Below, one piece after another: positions 51,746 to 61,574 of a stretch of 64,000 bases of DNA; positions within the stretch are counted from its first letter, which is position 1, and each line of letters starts with the position of its first letter. Under the pieces are notes generated by a model. The model was not told the origin of the DNA, ran no database searches, and saw only the letters and a program-made list of their open reading frames with translations. Origin of the DNA: Alphaproteobacteria bacterium (lineage in GTDB: Bacteria > Pseudomonadota > Alphaproteobacteria > UBA2966); the NCBI GenBank assembly GCA_964291395.2, contig OZ219858.1, positions 832,001-896,000 on the forward strand. Direction: 5' to 3'. The position numbers and the translations under genes are program-made.

Positions 51746-52701
51746 CCGAGAGCTCCTCCGCAGTCCCTTCCCCGGATCGCAAAAGTACCCGCCGCACGTC
51801 GGCGAGTAAACGGCCGAGGCAGGGGCCGTCCGGTTCGCCGGATGCGCCGTCCGGCTTGATCGTGACCGCGACGCCGATCGGCAATCTGGGCGACATAACC
51901 GTACGGGCGCTGGAAACCCTCGAGCGGGTGGATATCATCGCCTGCGAGGACACGCGCATCACCCGCCGTCTCCTGCGCCGCTACGATATCGACACGCCGA
52001 CACTCATCTACCACGAGCACAATGCCGAACGCGTTCGGCCGAGGCTCGTCGCCCGTCTGTTGGACGGAGACTCCATTGCCCTGACGTCGGACTCGGGAAC
52101 TCCCCTGATATCCGATCCCGGGTTCAAGCTGGTTCGTGCGGCCGTTGACGCGGGCATACCGGTGACGACGCTGCCTGGGCCGACGGCCATGATCGCGGCG
52201 CTGACCGTCGGCGGGCTGCCCACGGATCGGTTCATGTTTGCCGGGTTCCTGCCGAACCGGTCTGCCGCGCGCCGGCGGGCGCTGGAGAGGCTGCGTGCCC
52301 TCGACGCCACTCTCGTGTTTTACGAATCGCCTCGCCGCCTCGCCGGGACGCTGGCGGACATGGCCGAAACACTCGGATCGCGGGAGGCTGCCGTGGCACG
52401 CGAGCTGACTAAGCGATACGAAGAGGTCGTGCGCGGTCCCCTCGGTGATCTGGCGCGACGGGCCGCAAAGGTGCCGCCGCCGCGGGGCGAGATCGTGATC
52501 TTGGTTGGCCCGCCCACGGAATGGAAGTTCGGCGAACAGGCGTTGGACGACGCGCTGCGTCAGGCGCTGGCGCAATTCAGCTTACGCGATGCCGTCGACC
52601 AAGTCGTCGCGGATACGGGTATACCCCGCCGATGCATCTATCGGCGTGCGCTGGAGCTCGAGAAGCAGCGCACGGCTGTCACCGATGCGGACGGCCCATA
52701 G
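51688..52701 (+). CDS. rsmI: 16S rRNA C1402 2'-O-methyltransferase; start uncertain
   Basis: TPIGNLGDIT.RA, CEDTR, SDSGTPLISDPG, YESPRR, RELTK. Confidence 0.96.
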   Translation: MSRQGSGGRTGARASAVGATESSSAVPSPDRKSTRRTSASKRPRQGPSGSPDAPSGLIVTATPIGNLGDITVRALETLERVDIIACEDTRITRRLLRRYDIDTPTLIYHEHNAERVRPRLVARLLDGDSIALTSDSGTPLISDPGFKLVRAAVDAGIPVTTLPGPTAMIAALTVGGLPTDRFMFAGFLPNRSAARRRALERLRALDATLVFYESPRRLAGTLADMAETLGSREAAVARELTKRYEEVVRGPLGDLARRAAKVPPPRGEIVILVGPPTEWKFGEQALDDALRQALAQFSLRDAVDQVVADTGIPRRCIYRRALELEKQRTAVTDADGP

Positions 52702-53069
52702 TGCGACGGGACACGACGGCACGTCGCAGAAGGGAGCGGGCCGGCCGTCTCGCCGAATCGCTCTGCGCATTGCATCTGAGGCTCCGGGGATACGTCGTTC
52801 TTGCCAGACGATTCCGAGGCCCGGCCGGCGAGGTCGACATCGTCGCGCGCCGGGGAAGCACCGTCGTATTCGTCGAGATCAAACTGCGGCGCACTTTGGC
52901 CGATGCGCTCGAATCCCTTGGGCCGCGGCAGCGGCGTCGAATTGCCGCAACGGCCGAGGTCTTTCTCGCTTCCCGGCCCAAGCTGTCCGAGTTGGATGCG
53001 CGCTTCGACATCATGCTCGTGGTTCCGTGGCGGCTTCCCGTGCATATCGCCAACGCATGGCATATATAG
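52701..53069 (+). CDS. yraN: YraN/UPF0102 family nuclease-like protein
   Basis: G..AE, GEVDIVA, FVEIK, RFD, HIANAW; GTG overlaps the rsmI TAG. Confidence 0.9.
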   Translation: MRRDTTARRRRERAGRLAESLCALHLRLRGYVVLARRFRGPAGEVDIVARRGSTVVFVEIKLRRTLADALESLGPRQRRRIAATAEVFLASRPKLSELDARFDIMLVVPWRLPVHIANAWHI

Positions 53070-53144
53070 TGTGCTCAGCGTAGGAGTGGGGCGCCGCCGG
53101 CTGCGACGATCGCGTTGCGGCTCGGTCACCTGGAGCAGAACGCC

Positions 53145-53762
53145 ATGACGCCGCGTAAATCTCACCGAACTTTGATCGCTCTTATCTCTCTCCTGGTAAT
53201 GTCGGTGCTGGGTGCCTGCTCTGGACCTGTCCTCCTTGCCGGCGGCGCGGCGGGCGCGGGAATTGTCGCCGCCCAGGAACGTTCGGTGGGCGCCGCGGTC
53301 GATGACACCGCCATCCAGCTGCAGATCAAGCACCATTTGTTTCAAGCGAGCGAAGATCTTTTCAGCCGGGTGGGTAGCGAGGTCCATGAGGGACGGGTCC
53401 TGCTGACCGGTGTCGTTCCCACTCCGGAGGACCGGGTCGAAGCGGTTCGGTTGGCTTGGCAGGCCAACGGCGTGCAGGAGGTCCTCAATGAAATTCAAGT
53501 CTCTGATCGGGACGGCATCATCGACTACTTCAAGGACGCGAAGATCACCGCTCAGCTGAGATTCCAGATGCTGCGCGACCGGGATGTTTCCGACATCAAC
53601 TTCTCCGTCGAGACGGTCAATGGAATCGTCTACCTCATGGGAATCGCGCGCACCGGGTTGGAGCTTGAGAAGATTACGACGCACGCGCGGAACATCGCCG
53701 GCGTGCAAAAGGTAATCAGCCACGTGCGTCTCAGCGGTGACCGACCTCGCGAGAAGAGCTGA
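53145..53762 (+). CDS. dual-BON-domain lipoprotein (DolP/YraP-like)
   Basis: LGAC lipobox, RSVG..VDD, GRVLLTG, GIVYLMG. Confidence 0.92.
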   Translation: MTPRKSHRTLIALISLLVMSVLGACSGPVLLAGGAAGAGIVAAQERSVGAAVDDTAIQLQIKHHLFQASEDLFSRVGSEVHEGRVLLTGVVPTPEDRVEAVRLAWQANGVQEVLNEIQVSDRDGIIDYFKDAKITAQLRFQMLRDRDVSDINFSVETVNGIVYLMGIARTGLELEKITTHARNIAGVQKVISHVRLSGDRPREKS

Positions 53763-53797
53763 CGTCCGGCCGACGTCGCGATGAGCGGACGAGACCA

Positions 53798-54625
53798 TTG
53801 GACCCGAACGAGTCTGAACGGATTCTGACCGAAGCGGGAACTGGTCCGGATTCGGGCGTCGATCTCGCTCTCACGGCCTTGGCGCTCGCCGCCATCGACC
53901 GCCCGAGAGTGTCGTCGGATCGTTACTGCCGGCACCTGGATGATCTTGCCAACGACACGGCACGCCACGCCCACGAGGCGGACGACGCAGGCAAGCGCGT
54001 CGCGGTCCTGGCGGAAGTCCTGGGGACCGAATACGGATACGAAGGCGACCGGGCGACTTACGACGATCTTCAGAACGCCAACCTCATGCGCGTGATCGAT
54101 CGGCGCCGCGGACTGCCGGTAGCACTCGGCATCCTCTATATCCATGCCGGGCGGGCCCAGGGGTGGCCGGTGGTCGGCATCAATTTTCCCGGCCATTTCC
54201 TCCTACGCATGGAAGGGGACGGCGAGCGCGTGATCCTGGATCCATTCGCCTCTGGGCGCAGACTCGAGGCGAACGACCTGCGGGAACTGTTCAAGCGGCT
54301 CGCGGGCAAGGATGCGGAACTCGAAAAGCGATTCTTCGATGCCGTCGGCAATCGTGAAATCCTGTTGCGGCTGCAAAACAACATCAAATCGCGCGCCCTC
54401 AGATCCGGAGATGTCATCCGTGCCGCGAACGTCCTGAGGTCGATGATCCGGGTCGCGCCGGAACATGTGAACGCCTGGTACGAACTCGGCTTGCTCGAAG
54501 CGCAGGCGGACAATCTCGGATCGGCCATCACGGCGCTAGAGACGTTCCTGGACAAGTCCACTCACGATGCCGCCAAGCACCATGCGGCGATGTTGATTCA
54601 GGAGCTCCACGCCAAGCTGAATTGA
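53798..54625 (+). CDS. SirB1/transglutaminase-like TPR protein
   Basis: NANLMRVIDRRRGLPVALGILY, FPGHFLLR, LLRLQNNIK. Confidence 0.9.
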   Translation: MDPNESERILTEAGTGPDSGVDLALTALALAAIDRPRVSSDRYCRHLDDLANDTARHAHEADDAGKRVAVLAEVLGTEYGYEGDRATYDDLQNANLMRVIDRRRGLPVALGILYIHAGRAQGWPVVGINFPGHFLLRMEGDGERVILDPFASGRRLEANDLRELFKRLAGKDAELEKRFFDAVGNREILLRLQNNIKSRALRSGDVIRAANVLRSMIRVAPEHVNAWYELGLLEAQADNLGSAITALETFLDKSTHDAAKHHAAMLIQELHAKLN

Positions 54626-54738
54626 GTGGTGCTGAAGGCTGGCGTATGGTCCGTCCGTGCGGAGACCAGCATCGGTGAGTGGGACGCTCTCCCGGTCGGC
54701 ACCGCTGTCAGCCCTCGACGTTCACGATGAGGTCACGG

Positions 54739-55704
54739 ATGAGCCTAGCCGTCGCAATTCAAATGGATCCCATGGATTCCATCGATATCGCTGCGGACAG
54801 CACCTTTGCGCTGGCGATGGAAGCCCAGAAACGCGGCCACGGGCTTTATCATTATCTGCCGCGCGACCTGAGTCTCAGGGAAGGCCGGGTGATCGCTACC
54901 ATTTCTCCGCTCACCGTCCGCCGCGAAGCTGGCGATCATTTCTCTCTGGGCGGCCCCGAATCCATTGATCTCGCGACCATGGACGTGGTGCTGATGCGCC
55001 AGGATCCCCCGTTCGACATGGCTTATATTTCGGCTACCCACCTCCTCGAGCACATCCATCCCACGACCCTGGTGGTCAACGATCCCGTGCACGTGCGCAA
55101 CGCCCCCGAAAAGCTGTTCGTCACGCACTTCGACGAGTTTATGCCGCCCACCCTGATCACGACGGACGCCGAGGAAATCCACGACTTTCGAAAGAAATAC
55201 GAGGATATCGTCGTCAAGCCGCTGTTCGGGAACGGAGGTTCCGGCGTCTTCCATGTCGGCCCGGGAGACGAGAACCTCAACGCGCTCCTTGAGATGTTCA
55301 CCGAATTCTACCGCGAGCCCATCATGGTGCAGAAGTATCTGCCGGCGGTTCGCGAAGGGGACAAGCGCATCATCCTCGTGGATGGAGAGGTCGTGGGCGG
55401 TGTGACCCGGGTTCCCAAGGACGGCGAGGCTCGCGCCAACCTGCACGTGGGCGCCCGGCCGGAGAAGACCTCGATTACGGCGCGGGAGCAGGAGATCTGC
55501 GACGCCATCGGGCCCAGCCTCCGGGAGAACGGCCTCGTCTTCGTGGGGATCGACGTGATCGGCGGATTTCTTACCGAAATCAACGTCACGTCACCCACCG
55601 GGATTCAGGAAATCGACCGGTTCGACGGTGTCAATCTGTCGGGTAAGATCTGGGATGCCATCGAAGAGCGCTATCGCATCGTGCCAAAGGTCACGAGAAC
55701 CTGA
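54739..55704 (+). CDS. gshB: glutathione synthetase
   Basis: [30 protein letters not shown]. Confidence 0.98.
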   Translation: MSLAVAIQMDPMDSIDIAADSTFALAMEAQKRGHGLYHYLPRDLSLREGRVIATISPLTVRREAGDHFSLGGPESIDLATMDVVLMRQDPPFDMAYISATHLLEHIHPTTLVVNDPVHVRNAPEKLFVTHFDEFMPPTLITTDAEEIHDFRKKYEDIVVKPLFGNGGSGVFHVGPGDENLNALLEMFTEFYREPIMVQKYLPAVREGDKRIILVDGEVVGGVTRVPKDGEARANLHVGARPEKTSITAREQEICDAIGPSLRENGLVFVGIDVIGGFLTEINVTSPTGIQEIDRFDGVNLSGKIWDAIEERYRIVPKVTRT

Positions 55705-55753
55705 GCGCTTGATGCGGCGCGAGACTCGTTCGATCGAAATCGGCTGATCGGCT

Positions 55754-56209
55754 ATGGTGGTCGCCTCTGCGCTGCACGTGCTGGCTGCGGTGCTGTGGGT
55801 CGGCGGGTTCTTTTTCATCCTGGTCATTCTGCGACCCGCCTCGATTCGCATCGAGCCGCCCCAGCGATTCCGTCTCTTCGCCAAGGTGTTTCTCTGGTTC
55901 TTTCCCTGGGTTTGGGGAGCGATCATAGTGCTTCTCGTGACCGGATACTGGATGCTGTTGGGGGGCGGCGGCGGGTTCGTGGACGCGGATCTTCATGTCC
56001 ACGTCATGCAGGTGCTCGGCATCGCTATGATGCTGATCTTTGGGCACCTGTACCACGCGCCCTATAGGCGGTTTCGGGCGGCGGTCGAGCAGGAGGACTG
56101 GGCCAAGACCAATTACCAGGCGAATCGCATGCGCCGAGCGATTCGCTGGAATCTGGTGTTTGGCGTGATCGTCATCATCGTCGCATCGAGCGGTCGCCAC
56201 TGGGCCTGA
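55754..56209 (+). CDS. CopD-like / DUF4149-like membrane protein
   Basis: LHVLAAVLWVGG, FFPWVW, four hydrophobic segments. Confidence 0.8.
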   Translation: MVVASALHVLAAVLWVGGFFFILVILRPASIRIEPPQRFRLFAKVFLWFFPWVWGAIIVLLVTGYWMLLGGGGGFVDADLHVHVMQVLGIAMMLIFGHLYHAPYRRFRAAVEQEDWAKTNYQANRMRRAIRWNLVFGVIVIIVASSGRHWA

Positions 56210-56227
56210 CAATCCCGAGAATCACCG

Positions 56228-56482
56228 CGCTTCGCGGCGCGGCGCCGCCTCGGCGTCAACAAGTATCTGGCGGCGAAAACCGCCGGCAGTGCCCACGGCC
56301 CATGGCGGACCAGCAACAGCCCCGCGCTCTCCTACGCGCTGCCCAACGCCTTTTTCACCCGGCTTGGCCTCGCCTCTCTCGCGACTCATGCCGCAGCTTA
56401 AATCCGTCGAACCGCCGTGTACGGACCCGTATGCGCGGTGATGTGGGAGGGGTGGAGCCGTGAGGCTCCCCCCTATCCTGAT
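56228..56482 (+). mobile_element. 5'-truncated group IIC intron remnant (maturase C-terminus plus ribozyme domains V-VI)
   Basis: 56228-56401 translates RFAARRRLGVNKYLAAKTAGSAHGPWRTSNSPALSYALPNAFFTRLGLASL...*; 56409-56482 GAACCGCCGTGTACGGACCCGTATGCGCGGTGATGTGGGAGGGGTGGAGCCGTGAGGCTCCCCCCTATCCTGAT resembles class C DV/DVI and ends in AT. Confidence 0.9.
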
Positions 56483-56728
56483 CGTGCGCCGATCAGCTCG
56501 CCGCCTTCGATTTCGTATCGGTTTCGTCGTACATCATCGCATTTCCTTCCTGAGCCTGGAGTTTGACGCGGCACGTGTGCGTGCCGCCCCGATAGGTCTT
56601 GCTTCAGGCACTCGCGCGACGCGACGATGATTCGGTGCGGAGACTGGACTATGCCCCCGTCGTCATACCGAAAATCGCCCTGATGGTTTCATTGACGAAC
56701 ATGCATTCGGGAGTCGAGGGGAACCCGC

Positions 56729-58246
56729 ATGGTTGCACGGGTGGGTACGGTAGCGTTCCAAGGCGTCGAGGTGCTCGACGTCGATGTGCAGGTACAAGTC
56801 GCCCGTGGCGTACCCGCCTTTCGCATCGTCGGGCTGCCTGACAAGGCCGTCGCGGAAAGTCGGGAGCGGGTGCGGGCGGCTTTGTCCGCCATGGGCTTGG
56901 CACTTCCGGCCAAACGCATCACCGTGAATCTCTCGCCGGCAGACCTGCTGAAGGAGGGCAGCCATTTCGATCTGCCAATCGCCCTCGGTCTGCTTACGGC
57001 CATGGACGTGATGCCGCCCGACACCTTGGACTCCCACGCGGCCCTCGGCGAACTGGCGCTGGACGGTGCGATCGCTCCCGTGGCCGGTGCCCTGCCGGCG
57101 GCCATTCACGCCGCGGCGGATGGTCGGGGCTTGGTCTGTCCGGCTCCCTGCGGCGGGGAGGCGGCGTGGGCGGGTGACGTCGATATCGTGGCTGCGCCGT
57201 CGCTGCTGGCGTTCGTCAACCACGTCAAGGGAACACAGGTCCTGCGCCGGCCCAAGCCGGTGGCGGCGGATGACGCCGCGGCGATTCCGGACCTCCGGGA
57301 TATCAAGGGCCAGGAAATCGCGAAGCGTGCCCTGGAGGTCGTGGCGGCGGGCGGTCACAACCTGCTGATGTGCGGACCGCCGGGTGCGGGCAAGTCGATG
57401 CTCGCGGCGAGATTGCCGGGCCTGTTGCCGGCGATGGACGCGCGCGAGATGCTCGAGGTCAGCGTCATCCAGTCGGTCGCCGGACTGCTCGCGGGCCGCG
57501 GTCTCACTAACCGGCGCCCGTACCGAGATCCCCATCACTCCGCCTCGTCGGCCGCCATGGTGGGGGGCGGTGTCCGGGCTCAGCCCGGGGAGGTCTCGCT
57601 CGCTCATAACGGTGTGCTCTTTCTGGACGAGCTGCCGGAGTTTCCGCGTGCCGTCCTCGAGTCGCTGCGCCAGCCGCTGGAAGTCGGACGGGTCACCGTG
57701 GCGCGCGCGAACGGCCATGTCACCTATCCCGCGCGGGTCCAGCTCGTCGCCGCCATGAATCCCTGCAAGTGTGGCTATTTCGGTGATCTGGCACAGGGAT
57801 GTTCTAGGGCCCCCGTTTGCGCCCGCGACTACCAGGCAAGGCTGTCGGGTCCGCTCTTGGATCGGATCGATCTGCAGATCGAGGTGCCGGCGGTCGAAGC
57901 CGCAGACCTCTTGCTCCCGCCTCCTGCCGAGGGAACGGATGAAGTCGCCGCGCGGGTGGCCACGGCCCGTGAGATCCAGCAGAGTCGCTTCGCGGACCTG
58001 TCGGCGGGCGCGATACGCACCAATGCGGGGATGGACGGTGAATTGCTGGAACGCGTCGCCGCGCCCGATGCCTCTGGCGCGCGGCTGTTGGCCGAAGCGG
58101 CGGAGCGCCTGCGCCTCACGGCCCGGGGCTATCACCGGGTGCTACGCGTCGCCCGCACCCTGGCTGACCTCGATGGTGCCGACGGCGTCAGACGGCTCCA
58201 CGTCGCCGAAGCGCTGAGCTATCGGCGGATCTCGGGATTTGCATAA
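56729..58246 (+). CDS. comM: YifB/ComM Mg-chelatase-like AAA+ ATPase
   Basis: VGLPDKAVAESRERV, KEGSHFDLP, GPPGAGKSM, LFLDELPEF, SGPLLDRID. Confidence 0.95.
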   Translation: MVARVGTVAFQGVEVLDVDVQVQVARGVPAFRIVGLPDKAVAESRERVRAALSAMGLALPAKRITVNLSPADLLKEGSHFDLPIALGLLTAMDVMPPDTLDSHAALGELALDGAIAPVAGALPAAIHAAADGRGLVCPAPCGGEAAWAGDVDIVAAPSLLAFVNHVKGTQVLRRPKPVAADDAAAIPDLRDIKGQEIAKRALEVVAAGGHNLLMCGPPGAGKSMLAARLPGLLPAMDAREMLEVSVIQSVAGLLAGRGLTNRRPYRDPHHSASSAAMVGGGVRAQPGEVSLAHNGVLFLDELPEFPRAVLESLRQPLEVGRVTVARANGHVTYPARVQLVAAMNPCKCGYFGDLAQGCSRAPVCARDYQARLSGPLLDRIDLQIEVPAVEAADLLLPPPAEGTDEVAARVATAREIQQSRFADLSAGAIRTNAGMDGELLERVAAPDASGARLLAEAAERLRLTARGYHRVLRVARTLADLDGADGVRRLHVAEALSYRRISGFA

Positions 58247-58362
58247 CTTTCAATTTGACCGCGCTCCAGCGGCCCGCAGCCAACGCCGCCTTCCGGTCCC
58301 CGAATAGTGTGAGAATTGTGCGAATTGGAGGTAGTATTCCTCAGGGGTTATGGAGAAATTCG

Positions 58363-58869
58363 ATGTCCTGCACGCTCGAAGCGTTCGCCGCCGACTGCAA
58401 GGCCAAGCTAATCGCGGAACCCGGTCCCGAGGGCCGGGAAAAGATCCGCGAAATGCTGGAACGTGTCTTGGCGGACGATGAATTCATGCGCACGCACTTC
58501 GGAACCGACCGGGACTCCGAACGCAATGTACTCTACCGGGATCCAGAGCTCGGTTTTTGCATCGTCGCGCACACCTATACGGAAGGCATTGCGGCGAGTC
58601 CGCACCATCACGGGCCGGCTTGGGCCATCTACGGCCAAGCGGAAGGGATCACGGAGATGACGGACTGGAGGCTCGTGCAGGAACCGGTGGATGGCAAAGC
58701 CGGAAAGGTCGCGGCGGAGCGGACCTATACGCTCAACCCCGGTGACGCCAAGGTCTACAACGAGGGTGACATCCACTCGCCGCAGTGGGAGGGACTGACC
58801 CGTCTGTTGCGGATCGAGGGTCAGGACATGACCACGGTCCGCCGCGATCCTCTGGAACCGATAGCCTGA
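58363..58869 (+). CDS. cupin / cysteine-dioxygenase-like metal-binding protein
   Basis: PHHHGPAWAIYG, GDIHSP; ATG 58363 after GGAGA. Confidence 0.75.
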   Translation: MSCTLEAFAADCKAKLIAEPGPEGREKIREMLERVLADDEFMRTHFGTDRDSERNVLYRDPELGFCIVAHTYTEGIAASPHHHGPAWAIYGQAEGITEMTDWRLVQEPVDGKAGKVAAERTYTLNPGDAKVYNEGDIHSPQWEGLTRLLRIEGQDMTTVRRDPLEPIA

Positions 58870-59013
58870 CTCGGGTTTCTGAGGGCGAACGATCCGCCGA
58901 TGATCGCCCCGTCTTGACTCCAGAGCGCCGGCTGTCGCGTGGGCGCATCGCCTCGCGCACGGTTCGTTGAGCGCGCTGGTTCAGCGCCGTTCCCATGGGT
59001 ATGCTTTGGGCTG

Positions 59014-60387
59014 ATGCAGTCCTGGCTCGCCGCCGCCGCCGTCTATCGGCATCCTCGAGTTGTTGCGATCCTGTTCCTTGGGTTCTCGAGCGGGCTGCCG
59101 CTGGCGCTGACGGGCCAGACGTTGTCTCTGTGGCTCAAGGACGAAGGGCTCTCGCTCACGGCCATCGGGCTGTTCGCGGCGGCCGGTACACCCTACGCGC
59201 TCAAGTTTCTCTGGGCGCCCGTGATGGACAAGGCACGTCTTCCGGGCCTCACCGTGCTGCTCGGCCGCCGCCGCTCCTGGTTGATCGTCACCCAGTTCAC
59301 CCTGATTGCCGTGACGCTCGCGCTCGGCTTCAGTGGTCCCGCGACGAACGTGGGCCTCACCGCCGTCCTGGCGCTGGCGGTGGCGTTCGCTTCGGCGAGT
59401 CAGGATATCGTCATCGACGCTTATCGGGTCGAAATCCTTGAGGAACATCAGTTCGCCGCCGGTGCTGCCGCCATAGTGTTCGGCTATCGCATCGGCATGC
59501 TCGTGTCCGGGGCAGGTGCTCTTTATCTAGCCAGCGCCGTCGCGTGGCCCGTGGTCTACGCGGCGATGGCCGTCCTGATTCTCGTGGGGGTCGCTACGGC
59601 GCTGCTCAATCCCGAGCCGGCCGTGCGGACAACACCCGAATCCCTCGCGCGGGAGGCGGAGGTCGGCGCATGGCTTGCCGACCAGCCTAACCTGTCGGGG
59701 CGGCTGGGTGCCGCCCTCGGCTGGCTCTACGTTGCGGTCATCTGCCCGTTCTCCGAGTTCATGGCCCGTCCGGCGTGGATCGCGATCCTCCTGTTCGTGG
59801 TGTTCTACAAGTTCGGCGATTCACTGGCCGGCGTAATGACCTTTCCCTTTCTCGACGACGTAGGATTTACGAAGATCGACATCGCCAATGTGGCGAAGGT
59901 GTTCGGCTTCGCGGCGACGCTCGCAGGCCTGGCTCTCGGCGGCGCCCTCATGGCGGGCGCTGGCCTATACAGAAGCCTGTGGATCTGCGGCGTTCTGCAA
60001 TTGGCGTCGAATCTGATGTTCGCGGTGCAGGCGATGGTGGGCGCCGATCTGACGCTGCTGGCGGTTACCATCGGCCTCGAGAATCTTGCCGGCGGCATGG
60101 GGACGGCCGTGTTCGTCGCCTACCTTTCGTCATTGTGCAATGTCGCCTACACCGCGACGCAGTACGCGCTGCTCTCCTCCTTCATGGTGGTCGCCCGCAC
60201 GTGGCTGTCCTCGTCGGGGGGCGCGCTGGCCGAGTGGCTCGACTGGGTCGGCTTCTTCGTTCTCACGACCGGGGCGGCCGTCCCCGGCTTGATCCTGTTG
60301 TGGTGGCTTGGCCGGACGGGAATGCGGACGCGACCGGGGCCTCGAGGCGATGCCGAGGCGACGGGGGCGGCGGAACCGGGAAACTAG
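59014..60387 (+). CDS. ampG: AmpG family muropeptide MFS permease
   Basis: LGFSSGLP, KFLWAP..D, ASQDIVIDAYR, YKFGD, TATQYALLSS. Confidence 0.94.
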   Translation: MQSWLAAAAVYRHPRVVAILFLGFSSGLPLALTGQTLSLWLKDEGLSLTAIGLFAAAGTPYALKFLWAPVMDKARLPGLTVLLGRRRSWLIVTQFTLIAVTLALGFSGPATNVGLTAVLALAVAFASASQDIVIDAYRVEILEEHQFAAGAAAIVFGYRIGMLVSGAGALYLASAVAWPVVYAAMAVLILVGVATALLNPEPAVRTTPESLAREAEVGAWLADQPNLSGRLGAALGWLYVAVICPFSEFMARPAWIAILLFVVFYKFGDSLAGVMTFPFLDDVGFTKIDIANVAKVFGFAATLAGLALGGALMAGAGLYRSLWICGVLQLASNLMFAVQAMVGADLTLLAVTIGLENLAGGMGTAVFVAYLSSLCNVAYTATQYALLSSFMVVARTWLSSSGGALAEWLDWVGFFVLTTGAAVPGLILLWWLGRTGMRTRPGPRGDAEATGAAEPGN

Positions 60388-60445
60388 AGCGGTTACGGCG
60401 AAACCGGAAACAATTCGGCATTCCTTGCCGCTCGCGGCGAGGAAT
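60385..60445 (+). repeat. TAG-anchored short repeat, copy 2
   Basis: TAGAGCGGTTACGGCGAAACCGGAAACAATTCGGCATTCCTTGCCGCTCGC, starting at the ampG stop; hairpin at 60420-60445. Confidence 0.75.
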
Positions 60446-60579
60446 CGGTTGTGTCCTCTCATTACCGGTTTGATGGTCAAGATTGCCGCCTCGTTCTTCG
60501 CGGGCCCGTTCTTCACGTGACTCGATGGCGGCGCTACCCTTCATCATCCATGACAGGAACCCCGTACGGAGAAGACGCC

Positions 60580-61101
60580 ATGCGCGAGCGAATAGAGATA
60601 TTCGAGGGCGATATCACCACGTTGTCGGTCGATGCCATCGTCAACGCGGCGAACAATGCGCTGTTGGGGGGCGGCGGTGTGGACGGCGCAATCCACCGGG
60701 CTGCGGGACCCCGTCTCCTGGAGGAATGCCGTACTCTCGGTGGCTGTGAGACGGGAGGTGCCAAGATCACCGGCGGCTATGATCTGCCGGCGAAGTACGT
60801 GATTCATACCGTCGGGCCGGTGTGGCGGGGGGGTGGCCAGGGGGAACCGGGCCTGCTGGCGAGCTGTTATCGCCGCTGCTTCGAGATCGTCGACGACGAG
60901 GGAATTACGTCGATCGCGTTTCCCGCCATCAGCGCGGGCGTGTACGGCTACCCGCTGGAACAGGCCACCCGTATCGCCGTCATCGAAACCAAAAACCATC
61001 TCGAGCGGGGAAGTCCCCTTGCCAAGGTCACGTTTGCGTGTTTCGGTGCGGAGGCGAGGGATGTGTATACAGCAGTGGTCGGTGACATCGTTGCGGGTTG
61101 A
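60580..61101 (+). CDS. ymdB: macrodomain O-acetyl-ADP-ribose deacetylase
   Basis: [45 protein letters not shown]. Confidence 0.93.
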   Translation: MRERIEIFEGDITTLSVDAIVNAANNALLGGGGVDGAIHRAAGPRLLEECRTLGGCETGGAKITGGYDLPAKYVIHTVGPVWRGGGQGEPGLLASCYRRCFEIVDDEGITSIAFPAISAGVYGYPLEQATRIAVIETKNHLERGSPLAKVTFACFGAEARDVYTAVVGDIVAG

Positions 61102-61176
61102 TGATCACGTGAATTGACCGCTGGCCGTGGCCTCGCATACAGTCGACTCGATACCCCCTACTCTTGGAGGCGGAAC

Positions 61177-61395
61177 ATGAAGAGACTGGCCATTCTCGCG
61201 ATCGCGGCGGGCGCGTTTGCTCTTTCCGTGCCGGCGTCCGCCGAGGGCTTGGGCGGCTGTAGTTACGGGTACACCAAAACCCAGACCGTGAAGATCCAGG
61301 ACGGCGCGCATTCCGTGAAGTCCACGGTACCGACCAAGGAAGCCAAGGCAGCGGCTCAGAGGGCGTTGAAGTCCGATACCGACGAGCAGAGCTGA
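61177..61395 (+). CDS. small secreted hypothetical protein (72 aa)
   Basis: GGAGG RBS; signal peptide MKRLAILAIAAGAFALSVPASA. Confidence 0.7.
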   Translation: MKRLAILAIAAGAFALSVPASAEGLGGCSYGYTKTQTVKIQDGAHSVKSTVPTKEAKAAAQRALKSDTDEQS

Positions 61396-61574
61396 CGCCT
61401 CGGCTGATTTTGAGTAAGGGCCGCGGTCCTTGAGGGCCGCAGCGAGTGGGTCGCTTTCAGAGGATTGCCGGCAACTGCGGGCGCGGAATCCGTTTGCCTG
61501 ATCGGTACCCCGATTTCATGCAATTGTTGCCTCTTGGTAACGCGAACGACGCACAGTTCTGATTCATTTCCCGC

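Noticed and set aside
56484-56490. GTGCGCC just after the intron 3' end, resembling a group II 5' end (tandem intron)
   Set aside because: The following sequence does not resemble domain I, and a 7-mer is expected by chance.
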